Assembly: GCF_006345805.1 (NCBI RefSeq)
Contig: NC_043001.1
Span: 98,952,001-99,016,000 of the forward strand
Source of the DNA: Octopus sinensis
Taxonomy: Eukaryota
Direction of reading: 5' to 3'
Length of the DNA: 64,000 nt
A model generated the notes under the pieces. That model had not been told where the DNA came from, searched no databases, and saw only the letters and a program-made list of their open reading frames with translations. Position 1 is the stretch's first letter. Every line of letters starts with the position of its first letter. A program made the translations under genes and the position numbers. Positions 12,346-25,725 of the stretch are shown piece after piece.

Positions 12346-14789
12346 TCTGAATTGCACACATGTTGAATGTGTAGAAAATGTTTTGTTAGAATTAAATTGT
12401 TTGCAGCAATAAATATGCAGTTCTTTGTTCTATTTAATTTTGTATATATTTTTCATTTCATTTCAGATACATCTCTGAAGATGTAATGTTTTTAGGCTTG
12501 TATGGTTTGAGAAATTTCTGAGAATTTCTTGTTCATTATAGAACAGAAGGTTATAAAATCTCTTTAGCATATTGCACTTCTCTGATGACTCTTTTGTTCA
12601 ACTGCCAATTCTTCCTTTTCTTTGGCTGCATGTTTTAACTGAAGTTTGCTTTACACCTTCTTCCCTTCCCCATCCCAAATATATTGTTTCCACTGTAAAT
12701 CATTTACAGGATATGAAAATACAAAAAACTGTCATATTTCCCACAACTTGTTTCCCTATTTCTTTTTGTCTGGCTTTCTATTGCTTCTACTATTATACAT
12801 TTGTTCATAAACATCTTTTGATTTACCTTCTCTTCCATTCACTTCCTTTCTCTCAGTTCAACCATTGTGCTTGTATTACCTTCACTTTATGATTTATACT
12901 TCTATCAACCATTATATTTACTTAATCTGTTTGTGTATTTAAATAACAAAATATTCAATTTTGTAGGTCTCAATGTCACCAAAAGTTTAAAACTGTTTAA
13001 GCCAGCAAGTCTTTTAAAGAAAAATAGGAATGTGTTTTGAATAAACAGCAATTAGTTTATTTCATGTTAAGTATGATGATAAACATATTCCTATACATAC
13101 ACATTATTGTCTGAGAAGGTAAATATGAGAGAGAGATAAAGTGAAAGATTAATGAAAATCTGAAGAAAAAGAGTTTAATATCACAAACAGACATGTTTTA
13201 GGCTTCTGTACCTCCCACCAAACACTCCTCAACTGCCTGTCTTCTCTCAACTCCTACATTACAACACTTAGTGTTTCTCCATATCTTTTCTTGACTTATC
13301 TCTGTTCCACATATGAACTAGTTTGTAAAATTTGGTAAAGATTTGTTGAGATATGATGTTATTTCGAAACCAACTGAAACTGAATGACCTGAGACTATAG
13401 TAGAAGATACTTGTCCCAGGTGCTGCACATATATACATACACATATCTATGTATATATATATATATCTTCACAGCTCATGCTGGCATGAGAACACACACA
13501 CAAACGGTAACTCAGAACAAGACAAAAAAAAAATTACCAGACCAAAAACAGCCCCTGAAAAAGGCAAACACTTTCAACTAGATACATGAAAGAAATGGGA
13601 TTTAATTAAATAACCATCAGCCCTAATATGACTGTGGAAACAACTGCATATTAGAATGTGGTGGCCTTCCACCTATGCTACCCACAACAACAAGCCCCAA
13701 GTTTTTGACTGTGGGGCTTCCAGCCAGTAACACCTCAATGATGTTCCAAACACATCAGTTCAGGAGATTGAAACCAGAAAAGCCAGGAGACAATTTGGCA
13801 TGGACTGGGGAAGGAAAGAATGTATGATCATACAACTCGCCTGAGTTTTCCTTGACATGAAAAGGCCTCTACTTGCTATGTAAGACTTGTACCTGATGTC
13901 CTCATGTGGAATGCACTGGAGAGTAGGCTCTACCATTTCAAGTAGCAGTAAAATAGTCCAAAAAGACTAAGTAGTGTTGTTGTTCATGGCTGGAACCAGC
14001 CTGATAATGTCTGACAACTGAGAATATATTTTCCTATGACCACAGATAACATGTTCCCACCAAAAACCACCAGTTCCTTTCTGACTACAAACATGAAGGC
14101 CACATTGAATAAGCTAAAAATTTCTGAGTTGCAGTGGTTGGCAGCTAGAAACATGAGCACTGTGTGCCATTTCATTTCCAGTGTAAGATTGTAATCTGTT
14201 ACATTGGTGCTGATGATAAACCTGTAAGAGAAATGAGGAGTTAAAATTTGGTACATGCCATATAACATTACAAGGTTTTCTTCCATTTATGGCCAGCAAA
14301 AGCTTTTTTACAAGCACTTAGTACATTCTTTGTTTGTGTGTGTGTGCACGCGCGCGTATATTACATACCATAAATAATGCTGAATATTCACATTTAGTAC
14401 CTTGCACCCACAATGTATATTGGTTCAACATAAAAAGTACAATTACTGTAAAAGACATCTCATATGAGAAAATGAAGGTGAAAACTAATGGAAAACTATA
14501 TAAGCAAAGAAATTACAAGATTAACTAATGTGACAAACCGATGGAGAGCTGTAAGGCAAATATGAACAAGAATATATAATGTTGGAAATTTTCTAATACA
14601 ACATAATGTTAGTATAATAATTTAACCATATAAAAGAGTAAAGCTGGAACACAAGACCTGCCCAAATGGCTATCAACCATTCCAACTCCAAATACCTCAC
14701 AATGAAAGGAAGCCTTCCAGTACATCATGTATAAGATATTTGTGGTCTTAATCTTTTCTTACAGGGTCATTGCGTTACAATGATATAGC

Positions 14790-15405
14790 ATGAGAAATTT
14801 CCCATCAACTGAACCTCCACTCTTGTTTATCAATCACTACATTCACCTCTACCCCCATCTTTAACCATCTATTATTCTCCTTTCACACTTTTATGAAAAT
14901 ACCCACTCTCTCCTCCTATCCCCTGATCCACTGTATTCTCTTGTACTCTGAAAATTTGCTCTGACACTCCATCACTATCATCTTTATCTTTTTCAATCTA
15001 CTCTCACCCACTCCATGTGTGATAGATATGTATCTTCTCTATAGCAAGACACCTATCCTTGTCCCTCTATAATATTTTAGCTTTAAACACCTGGCATAAA
15101 GCCACCTCTCCTCCTCAAATACCCACACTTCCATGTCAGCAGTGGGAGCTTTTTACTTTTTCATTTTACACCTGCTTTTGTTTATCAAGTTACTTTGCAA
15201 CCTCACTAGTGCTAGAGGTATGGAAAAAAAAACCACCCAATACTCACTATAAAGTACTTGGTGTTAGGAAGGGCATCCAGCCAACAAACTAAGCCAAAGC
15301 TGACACTGGAGCTTGACAAAGTTCTGCAGTTTGCCAGATCCTGTCAAACTGTCCAATCTATGCCAGCATAGAAAACCGGTCAAATGATGACAATGATGAT
15401 AATGT
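14790..15405 (+). mobile_element. Retroposon 3' end: pyrimidine-rich body followed by the RTE-type tail
   Basis: About 400 nt C/T-rich stretch containing aagacacctatccttgtccctctat (shared with 31062-31086), then gttaggaagggcatccagcc...tatgccagcatagaaaa...atgatgac. Confidence 0.6.
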
Positions 15406-16532
15406 TAAACTTGTGTAAAGGAAAATATGTGGTAGAATAAACAGCTCCTTATTTAATAAAAATTATCCAAAATAAAAGTAAATAACCATAAGAACATGTT
15501 TGAAGTGAGGTTACATTATCAAATCTTTCCAATTAGCCAACATCTCTAAAAAAAAGAAATAAATGCTGTTGAGCACTTAACTACAGCAAGATATACCAAC
15601 TCACTTCTGAGAAATGAGAAAAACTCATTAAATTTGTTGCCCTGCATTCCAAAAATGCATCTTGTGCAGGGGTATCTTATCGGTATTGCATTTTTCTCTG
15701 TCCTTAAGTTCATTATCATATTTGCTCGTAAAATATATTCACAGAAGTAAAACATAGAAACAGATAACTTACAACTGTGAACAAAATATAATTAACTATA
15801 TCAGCAATGAATCGGATCTCTTCAATTGATAGTCCAAGGAATTTAAATGACAATTGTTCAGTCAGAAAAGCGCATTCAAAACAAGTAACATCTGTGCTTT
15901 AATAAGAAAACTTCACAGCTTGACAATATGGACTATATAGCCATGTGACAGATGCAAGTGCATTAGCAAGGATTATAACATATGATGGATATTTTAAAAA
16001 AAGAGATGACATGAAATAATACTTCAAGGATGTGAAATACAATATATGGTAATCACAGTTCTTATACAAACATAATGCTTACCTAAATTAATAAAGTAGT
16101 CTACCAAATACAATAACATGGCTTAGGTTGGTCTGGAGAACTATGGCAGAAGACACTTTGCTCAAGGGGTCACATAGTGGGACTAACTTTGAAGCTGGAA
16201 AGTGAACTTTACCACAAAGCTATACATACATACACACACATGTAGGTGTGATGCATGTATTATGTGTTTGTGTACATCTACAATTATATAAAAGTTGCCA
16301 GGTACAGGCAGTTCTGCCAACAAATCATCTGTTCCCTTCATGCTTTGAAGCCATATGGGGTAAGAAAACCCTTACTAGATAAACAGATACAGGTTAGCAA
16401 CAAGAGCATCCTGCTGACAACTGCCTTAATAACATTCATCGAACCAATGCAAGCATGGAAAAATGGACATAAAATGAACAAAGGAATACACACACAGGTA
16501 TATACATACACACACACACAGACAAGTATATA

Positions 16533-17444
16533 TTGAGGGATCCCATAAATAATGCGTTTTTTTTATATTTATTTTATTTTTCAAAATTAAGATTAAAGTT
16601 CTTTTTCAATCTAAAATATACTCCTCATTTTCTACAATGCTTTTCTATCTATTTGGTAGATTCGCAAGTCCCCTTTTACAAAATTCACTTGTCCATGACG
16701 AAAAATACTCCTCCAGTACTGTTCTGACCTCATCTACAAAATTCATATGTTTTTTTGTCCAAATGATTTTGAAGACTACAGAATAAATGATAATTACATG
16801 GGGCAATGTCTGACAAATATGGTGGGTGGGGCATCATTTCCCAGTCAAGCTGCTGCAGCCTTTGGAATGTCATCCTCACTGTATGTGGCCAAGCATTATC
16901 CTGTTGAAAGAACACCTTTCGTCATGAAACCAAAGATGGTCCTTTTCCTTCTAGTGCTAACTTCACTGAGTGGTTGAATAACCAAATCCAAGCTTCTTTG
17001 CTAGTTCTTTAACAGTTACGATAGGATTTTGCTCCACTAGGGTTTGCAGGACATCCTTGTTGAGCTCTACAGATATTCCAGGACGAAGCTCATCTTTTAG
17101 GCTGTAGTTTCTGGCTCCGAATTTCTTGAATCACTGGCTTACGCTTGTTGTCCAGTCCCCATATACTGCATTAACATTCCTCGCACTTTCTATTGCGTTG
17201 TTGCCTTTATTGAACTCATAAAACAAAATTTGCCAAATATGCTTCTTTGTCACTTCTATTATAGCTTTGAAAGAATAACTGTTAAAATTGAACCGCACTC
17301 TTCAAAACTTGCACTAAAAATAAGGATAAGGTTAAATAACTACCTGCTTTTATAACAAGTTGATGCAGATAGTTTATCCTGTCCCCCTCCAACTTTTAGT
17401 TCATGCAATTGAAAAAAAACTACACTAATTATGAGATGACCCAA
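16533..17444 (-). mobile_element. Mariner (Tc1/mariner) internal-deletion derivative, 912 bp, with both TIRs and TA target duplications
   Basis: Left ta|ttgagggatcccataaataatg and right attatgagatgacccaa|ta are imperfect inverted ends. The minus strand encodes N-terminal EFNKGNNAIESARNVNAVYGD... and C-terminal QQDNAWPH...HPPYLSDIAPCNYHLF (mariner DNARPH / HPPYSPDLAPSDYHLF); the middle is deleted. Confidence 0.9.
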
Positions 17445-17935
17445 TACAAATGTAGATAAGTATATACACACACATACACCAGTATTTACTTATGTACATA
17501 GAGTAAACACACACACACACACAGAAAAGAGATACATAATTCAAATCAAACAAAGACACATAAGCCCCCCCCCCTCCAATTACAAAATTTAACAGGCAAA
17601 CTTTTTCCTGTAAACATTAGTTCTGATTTTATAACCCACTTTATTTTCCTCTTAAAAATTTAAACTGATAATTTGTGGATGTGTGTTTATATGACTTCCA
17701 TAAGCATTTTGCAATAAATACATGATTCACTAAATTATTGTAGACCTATTTCTAATTTCAAGATGGTCCCTTCTCAGTTCCTCTAAAACTTAATAATGAT
17801 ACTCAATATCTAGATATTTTACATGAATCATAAGTTAACTTCCCCAAATCAGGTAAACAACTGGAATAAGGTTGTCAAAACAGTTAATAAAATTTCTCTT
17901 CCATCAAAGAGAAATATCTATTTCTTAAAATTATA

Positions 17936-19390
17936 TTGGGTCGGCAACTAAGTTCCCACGGTTTTTTTAATTTTGGAACCTATTTTTTTCAAGAATTATA
18001 TTTTGAATCATTTTGGAATCTATTTTGCTATTTTTTTCTAGATAATTTTTGTATATTTTCAGATCATTAAAATGGAATGTCAAGTTAAGAAAAACGAGCA
18101 TTTTCGACACCTCCTTTTTGCTTTTAATCAAGGTTCTAAGGCTGCAAAAGCTGCTCGCGACATTTGTGCTGCGTATGGAAAGGGTGCCATAGCCAAAAGA
18201 ACCACTCGTGATTGGTATGCCAAATTCAAAAATTGAAATTTTTACCTCAAACATGCACCTCGTTCTGGTAGTCCAGTTGAGTTCAATGAAGAGCGATTGA
18301 ACCAACTTTTACATGAAAATTCTCATCAGCTGTGTCGGTAAATAGTTTGCTTACCAACCACATAGTTCCGGGTTCAGTTCCACTGCGTGGCACCTTGGGC
18401 TAGTGTTTTCTACTATAGCCTCAGGCCGACCAAAGCCTTATGAGTGGATTTGGTAGACGGAAACTGAAAGAAGCCCATTGTATATATGTGTGTGTGTGTG
18501 TTTGTTTGTGTTTGTCCCCTAAATACACCGATGGTGGTGTGTTTACGTCCCCATAACTTAGCGGCTCAGCAAAAGACACTGATAGAATAAGTACTAGGCT
18601 TACAAAGAATAAGCCCTGGGGTCAATTAGCTCGACTAAAAGCGGTGCTCCAGCATGGCCACAGTTAAATGACTGAAACAAGTAAAAGAGTAAACAACAAG
18701 GGAACTGGCGGAGAAAATGGAATGTTCACGCACTGCTATAGAGAAGCATCTTCACTCGATGGGAAAGGTTCAGAAGTATGGAGCATGGGCTCCACATGCT
18801 TTGAGTGACAACAACAAAAATCAACAAGCCACAATCTCCGCTAGTTTGCTTGCTTGTCACCGCTCAACTCGTGGACACAAGCAGCGATTTCTTTACTGTA
18901 TCATTACTCGCGAAGAAAAATGGTGCCTGTACATCAATATGAAGCAGCATAAGGAATGGCTTAGCCCCAGTAAACAAGCGACACCACGCATGAAACAAGA
19001 TCTTCATCCGCATAAAACGATGTTGTGCATATGGTGGGACTGGGAAGGGATTATTCATTACGAATTGCTTGAACGGAACCAAACAGTCAACGTGGAACTC
19101 TATGTTCAACAGATGGAATGACTCAACACGGTTATTCAAGAGAAAAGGCCTAATTGGCAGCATGGAGTTCTTATGCTACACGACAATGCCCGCCCTCATA
19201 TCGCCAATATGACCAAGGAAACCATTCAAACACATGGCTGGGAAGTGCTGCCACACCCACCGTACTCTCCTGATATGGCACCAACAGATTTCCGTTCAAT
19301 ACTGATGCAGAATTGAGAGCTTGGTTGGATCAATTTTTCGAGTTGAAATCGGGTGATTTCTACCAACAAGGTATTGTTATAGAGTTATGG
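17936..19390 (+). mobile_element. Mariner transposon, pseudogenised transposase, interrupted by a SINE; right TIR not found
   Basis: ta|ttgggtcggcaactaagttccc TIR. ATG at 18072 gives MECQVKKNEHFRHLLFAFNQGSKAAKAARDICAAYG...; it resumes after the SINE with TTRELAEKMECSRTAIEKHL...WAPHAL...IITREEKW...LHDNARPH...HPPYSPDMAPTDF. Stops are present and the first catalytic Asp is mutated. Confidence 0.93.
18329..18691 (+). mobile_element. tRNA-derived SINE nested in the mariner ORF
   Basis: B-box-like gggttcagttcc, core ggcaccttgggctagtg, central (TG)n, tail ...ccagcatggccacagttaaatgactgaaacaagtaaaagagt. Removing it rejoins transposase codons CAT-CAA-ACA-ACA-AGG. Confidence 0.9.
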
Positions 19391-20161
19391 CAAAAGACTC
19401 AACTACATATTCTTTATCAGAATTTAATAATTTTAAATTGTGTAGTAATGTATATTATACTAAAGCTCTCTTTTTTCATATTACAAAATAGTAAACAATT
19501 ATTACTAGGTTACCTTTGATTTAACATATTTTCCATATTAACAGACACTGTCTTCCCTATTAGTCCATGATTCACACATTCAAATGACTAAGATATATAA
19601 TTTTAGTTTCATCCATGTTTCCATGTGGGAGAGAAAGACGGTCCCCTTTTTATTTCTTAAGTATAATTTTTTTTAATCATTAACTTAATATCTAGGTATT
19701 TTACATGTTTGTAGGTTAGCTCACAAAAACAGCTGGCAAAACAAGTAATAAAATTCAATTTCTGCTCTATTAATAAAGGATATACAACATACATGCACAC
19801 ACTATTCAGTTATTCAACTTGAGAATTAAGTGTTCAACAAGGAAGAATTCCTGACAATATACAATCAATCTACCAGGTTAAAAAACTAAAAAAAAACTAA
19901 GCATGTCAATATTACCAGTGCTGTTTTAATATTGTACTATTAATTAACACACATTGATACATTTAATCAACCTAATTTGGTTTTAGTGGAGAAAATAATA
20001 TTGCTTCCTTGAAAAGATAAGAACTGTTTCAAAATCTAAGTCTTGAGTAAATCAAACTTTCTAATGGTGACATACACACATAGACAGCCACACATTAAAA
20101 AAAAAAGTTCGATGAGAATAATCTGAAAAAGAAATGTTGTGATGGTGACGTTTATGAATAC

Positions 20162-20249
20162 CTTTCCTCTGGTTACACCATAGGTGGCCCTGGCTCCAGC
20201 CCAAGTGAAACAGAACCCATCTGGCTCAGTCAAACTCTTTGCTCCATAG
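20162..20249 (-). CDS. HNRNPUL1: hnRNP U-like coding exon 3 (start of SPRY)
   Basis: tctag|C acceptor and AAG|gtattc donor. (C)YGAKSLTEPDGFCFTWAGARATYGVTRGK matches human [26 protein letters not shown]. Confidence 0.94.
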
Positions 20250-21239
20250 CTAGATAAAAATATACATATAACAATACAAATCCATGTGGCAAAATACATA
20301 ACCTATATCTAAAAATATAGCAATACAATAAAATATATATTTGTACAATTCAAATTAAAGTTAAACTAAGCTTGATTCAAATTACTTTGTTACTATAAAC
20401 ATGTCAGCATACTTTGTGCAATTAAATAGTGTAGTGCTTAATGCATAGAGTCTTCTAGAGGTCTTATTGACAGACTAGATTTTGTTTAGGTAGATAACCT
20501 GCTAGAAGAACATTATTTGAATCATTGCTAACACAACTTGAAAACATGAGATATATATCGACAGTTAAAATTTGCTATATCTCATGAATCTATTGTACTA
20601 CATTAAGATTGACTTTTAAATTTGTTTAAGCTATTATTAATATAATTACTACACAAGCAAACATAAAATATTACTTGTAGAATAGTTACATTAAGCTGAA
20701 ATAGAATTCAGTAAAATTACTTAAAATGTACATTGATCAAAGCTACAACCTTGCTACAATACCAAGGACATAGCGTATGTCTTGGAATATTTTAAACTGT
20801 TAGAATTTTTTAAAAATAATTGTAAGATAAACTGACAAGATTTGTTATTCAAAAGAATGTAAATAAACAAATTGAACACAAAGGTTTCATTACTGTATTA
20901 TTAACAATTACAGGGAATAGAAAGTTTCAAAGAGGAAAACATACTAATAACTATTCAAAGTATAAAATTAGGTAGAATTGTAATTTTAAAATATAAATAT
21001 CATTTATTATATCACAAGACATTTTTGTATGTTTATTATCAACTTGAATCACAGATAAATATGTCTTATAACTTACACTGTAGCAAACCACTTGAAACTA
21101 AAGCTTTCAAGTACCATTCATTATCTACTCCATTAATTATTAATCTTACTGAATAGATGTATGAGTGGAAAAGCAAACGTTTTCAAAGAATAACATTAAT
21201 AACAACTATGTGAAAACTTAGTTCATTTAACACAATATA

Positions 21240-21470
21240 TTTAATCCTTTTGACACCAACCTGTGTGAGACCAAATGTTCTACAATACAAACTCCCTATT
21301 TCAAAGTGGTCTTGGTTAAAGCCCTCCATTAAAATTTCATGCTAATTTATGTTCCAAACTCCAACTTAATTATTAATGACAAAGTTATTCAACTAAATTC
21401 TTCATTTTCCTCAAAATTAATTAAAATGTAGGTATTTTATTTCAACAGAAATATGATAATAGGAATAATG
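21240..21470. mobile_element. Possible degenerate MITE (TTAA-CCCT, piggyBac-like end)
   Basis: Begins ttaatccttttgacacc and resembles a common octopus MITE as I recall it. The second TIR is too degenerate to demonstrate from this window. Confidence 0.3.
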
Positions 21471-22689
21471 ATATTTAAGAGGACAAATATGAAAGAATCA
21501 GCTGAAAACTTTTCAAGTAAAATGATAAACATTATATCATCAATGACAAAAAGTAAAAGCAACAAGCCCACTGACAAAAGTCGATAACGTAGTAGTCAGG
21601 CAAGTGAAAAGCACACAGTTAAGTACCATCAGAGGACCTGTTCTCCATCTCAAATCAGTACTTATAATGTATAATATCATTTTATGTTGGAAATGTATAT
21701 CATATTATATATATATAAAGTTTTCAGTAAATTTTGTTAAGGCCTAAAGACAAAGTTATTATTTGAATTTATTTTTGTTTCAGTGTAAGTGCACTTCTAG
21801 ATTCAAATACCCTTGTAAAATTCAATTATGAATTTATAGTTAAAATCATTTACCAGATTCATATTGACATTTCACTCAGTTATATATTTGCAAATGAAGA
21901 CCCAATCTTTGAATGGATATATTTTTCTTCTGGTAGTTCATGAAAGTAACAGTTTATGGATTCAAGTTGATTTTTATTATTTTTAACAGTGGAAAGTATA
22001 GTCCTTTAATTTAATACAATTTATTACAAAAAAATCGCTGTTCAATTATGTAGGTTTGTGATTACTGAAGAGCTACAGAAATTGTAGCAAATAACATATT
22101 CAAAGTATATTAATAATTCCTAATAAGATAGCTGGCACCTTTGGTGAGGATGACATTTGATATGAAGGCTGAAGGAATGTGTGTATAAACATTCATACAT
22201 ATATTTATACACACATACATGTTTAGCTATATACATATACTCACATTTATACATATGTACATGTGTATATATACACAAGCAATGTCAAATCCTTCAGTTT
22301 AATATTAAATTGTTCTTATATATAGCTTCACTTAAAAACAAAATGTATATATAGGTATACATATGAATGTGTATGTATAAATGTATATGATAGCCCTATA
22401 GTGAAGGAAGAATGGAAGTGCACAGTTACAAATGTGCTCGTACACAGCAGGAATCTTATCCTAACATCCATTGCTGTTGTGTCTTCCTATGACAGGAATG
22501 TATATAAATATATGTATACATATATATATGTATATATATATATATATATATATACATATATATACGTATACATATATATAAACACATGTACGTGCCCATG
22601 CATCTATGTGTGTGATATATATATATATATATACACACACATTATGAAAAGAAAATCAAGAAGCAGAAATAATCAATAAGTATTAATAT

Positions 22690-22850
22690 TTTTACATTCG
22701 ATGTTCAAATTCCAGTGTGACCTACTTTGCCTTTCATCCTGCCATGGTCAACAAAACAGGAACTGGGATCAATGTAATCAATTATACGCTAGAAGATAGT
22801 GGCCAAAAATTATCACTGTTCAATAACTGAAACCAATAAAAGAATATTCG
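22690..22850 (+). mobile_element. Degenerate SINE, family of 56739-56957
   Basis: gttcaaattcc...ctttgcctttcatcct matches gttcaaattccgctgaggtcgactttacctttcatcct. Confidence 0.6.
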
Positions 22851-23029
22851 AATATAATTTTTAATATAACCCAATATTTTTAATATACTTGAAAATTCTT
22901 TTATTATCTGTTACTTTAAGATATCTATGTGAAGGAGAATAGTTAATCTAACTTGGAGAATTGTAATATAACTTGATAAGTCATGTAGTAAACAGAAACT
23001 GAAGAACAATAGGAAGCTAAAGTCCTTAC

Positions 23030-23176
23030 CAATCAGCGTCAATAACTAAATTTAAATCGGAATTGTAAAAATCCAGAGCAGTGACTCCTTCATCAATTCT
23101 GGGTTCATCTGGTCCTACCTCAGCTTTGGCTGAAGGCTCCTGTTGTGGCCATTTTGAAGGTCCTCTTGTTGGAATG
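23030..23176 (-). CDS. HNRNPUL1: hnRNP U-like coding exon 2
   Basis: tttttcctatcacag|C acceptor and TTG|gtaagg donor; phase 2/2. (S)IPTRGPSKWPQQEPSAKAEVGPDEPRIDEGVTALDFYNSDLNLVIDAD matches human TLVAIDTYNCDLHFKV. Confidence 0.92.
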
Positions 23177-24024
23177 CTGTGATAGGAAAAAGCCATTTCT
23201 TGCCTTTCAAAATTAAATCAATTTTTTAAAAAAGCAAAAGCAAAAAAATTGTTTGGTTCAATAAATAAAATAACTGTTCTTGTCCATAGGGTTAAAGCAA
23301 ATTAAACTTAGTCTTATCACATGAACAGTAACAAGACAAAAAAATAATACTCCTCAAAACTTTTTCACTGGTTAGTTTTCTTTAAAAGTTGGGACAAAAT
23401 CATTTCAAACTTTAAAATAAGCAATATTGTTGAAATATGACATTATATATGTAACTTGTTTTAATCCATAGGGTTTTTTTTTTCTGTCATTAAGTTCTAA
23501 AACTGATTTCATTATTAAAGTTGAAAATATTTCTAAAATTGTTTTTGTTTGGGATTGCTTAATACACACACACACAATAATGCAAACATTAGTAATCTTG
23601 TTAAGCTCCTCACAGTCACCAAAGTGAGTTTCCCCAAGTCATTCATGAAGTGAATAACTTCAATTTTTGAATATATGCATGCTCATATCCTGATAAATAG
23701 ATTATATATTCAAGACATAAGGCTACAGATTAACAACCTGCTACATAAAGAGAAAAAAAAAGACAGGCTAGAATAGAAATAATAAGTACTTAATTTTAAA
23801 ATTATAGTTAAAATCATTATGCAATCAACTTCCTTTACACTGCATTATGTATTAAACAAAAAGACAAATGTGAAATTATGACAAAAACCTCTATCATCAA
23901 TCATCAACAAATATATTTTTAAGAACATTAAAAGGATTTCCAATAATTCCTCTGACACAAAGATATTTAGTCAGATCACACACAAACTCAATGAAAAACA
24001 AGACTATATGCCTAAACAAGAGCA

Positions 24025-24066
<42 letters not shown>

Positions 24067-24071
24067 CACTA

Positions 24072-24407
24072 AGCTAGCATGGCTCAATGGTTAGAGCATC
24101 AAGCTTACGATCGTGAGGTTGTGAGTTTGAATCCCAGACCGGGCTGCGTGTTGTGTTCTTGAGTAAGACACTTTATTTCATGTTGCTCCAGTTCACTCAG
24201 CTGTAGAAATGAGTTGCGACATCACAGGTGCCAAGCTGTATTGGCCTTTGCCTTTCCCTTGGATAACATTGGTAGCTTGGAGAGAGGAGGCCAGTATGCA
24301 TGGGCGACTGCTGGTCTTCCATAAACAACCTTGCCCAGACTTGTGCCTGGGAGGGTAACTTTCTAGGTGCAATCTCATGGTCAGTCATGACCGAAGGAGG
24401 TCTCAGC
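24072..24407 (+). mobile_element. Well-preserved tRNA-derived SINE with a distinct 3' body
   Basis: A-box tggctcaatgg, B-box gtttgaatcc, then core gtgttgtgttcttgagtaagacactt; follows a (GA)n tract. Confidence 0.8.
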
Positions 24408-25687
24408 ATCATCTATAAACATCACAAGCTATTTAATAAAAATAATATTAAAGTTGGCTATAGTTGGATGATCATTACAAATATATTATTCACTAACACA
24501 TAAAGAGACACCATTAACTCATCATTTGAATGCAAATGCCTGGTAAATAGTGACTACCTTAAAAAAGCATTATTGAACCAAATTCTTAATGGCAGATTGA
24601 AAAAAAAAAAGGTAAGTTGGGCTCATGGAGAATTCATTCAAAAGTTGACATACAGAACACATCCATTCCTTATCATTAAGTATATCAATAACTAAATGTC
24701 ATTTTTTGCTTCAATGAATCTCTGCCGAAGAAAAAAAATAATATATGCATGCAGCTTTTCTACATGCACAATACAAAAAGTCTCAAAATAGGGGCATTTT
24801 TAAAGAGCTCACTTCAGTTACAGGTCAGTTAATATAGCTTTAACAGATAGAATGAACACTACTGGCAAATGGTATCAGAGAAACCAGCAAGAAATGCAAC
24901 CTTAGATATATAACACGAGTTGATCAGAGGTTGGTTCATTCAAAGCTGATCTGGCTGTTATAAAATAGCAAATGGGTTCAGAGTTAGATTGTCTGACAGA
25001 CATCAAGAACTCTGAAGTTTAACATCAGAAACCAGGCCACTCACATTAAGAACTTTAGAGAAAACTCAAAATAAATGAATGAATAGAACTCTGCTTCACA
25101 TATAGAGTACCCTTGCTCACTTTCTCTGTCAAACAAATTCACAATACCAATACGGCAGTACAAATACTACAGTATACACACTTTCATGTCTCAGTTCTTT
25201 TCACTCATGTTGCCATTGGCCTTGAGAAAAGCATGACTGTTGTCGCTCGCATTACACTGGAAATCAATAGTGTTTATAATCTACTGATGGATATTTTGGA
25301 TCCTGAAAGATCAAGCAACTTATTTTGTTTATCAGACTTGTGTAAAGAGAAAAATATTATATACAAATATTTGTAAAATGCAGCCCACAGCTCTACTATA
25401 ACATGACTATTGGTATTCCTACAATATCATTGAAAAAAAAAGAAAAAAAGCAAATTCACACCAAATAGGTTTAAGAAAACCCAGAAAGACCTAAGAAAAA
25501 TAGCAAGATAAAAGCAGATCTATTAAATTTAAGAAATAATAATAATATAAATGTTAAACCAAAGAGACTAAAAAAGCATTGCCAGAAAATTCAATAACAG
25601 AAGTATTGATTTTTTGACCAAATATTTGCATTAATTATATAAAAAAAAAACATATCTCTCACGATTTTATAGGTGTGTATGCACATT

Positions 25688-25725
<38 letters not shown>

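Noticed and set aside
13860-13945. HDV-like ribozyme (gatgtcctcatgtgg resembles P3/L3 after CpG decay)
   Set aside because: I could not find a matching P1, the P1.1 GG or a J4/2-P2 closure.
24072-24145. tRNA gene
   Set aside because: A and B boxes are present, but there is no acceptor stem and it continues into a SINE core, so it is a SINE head.
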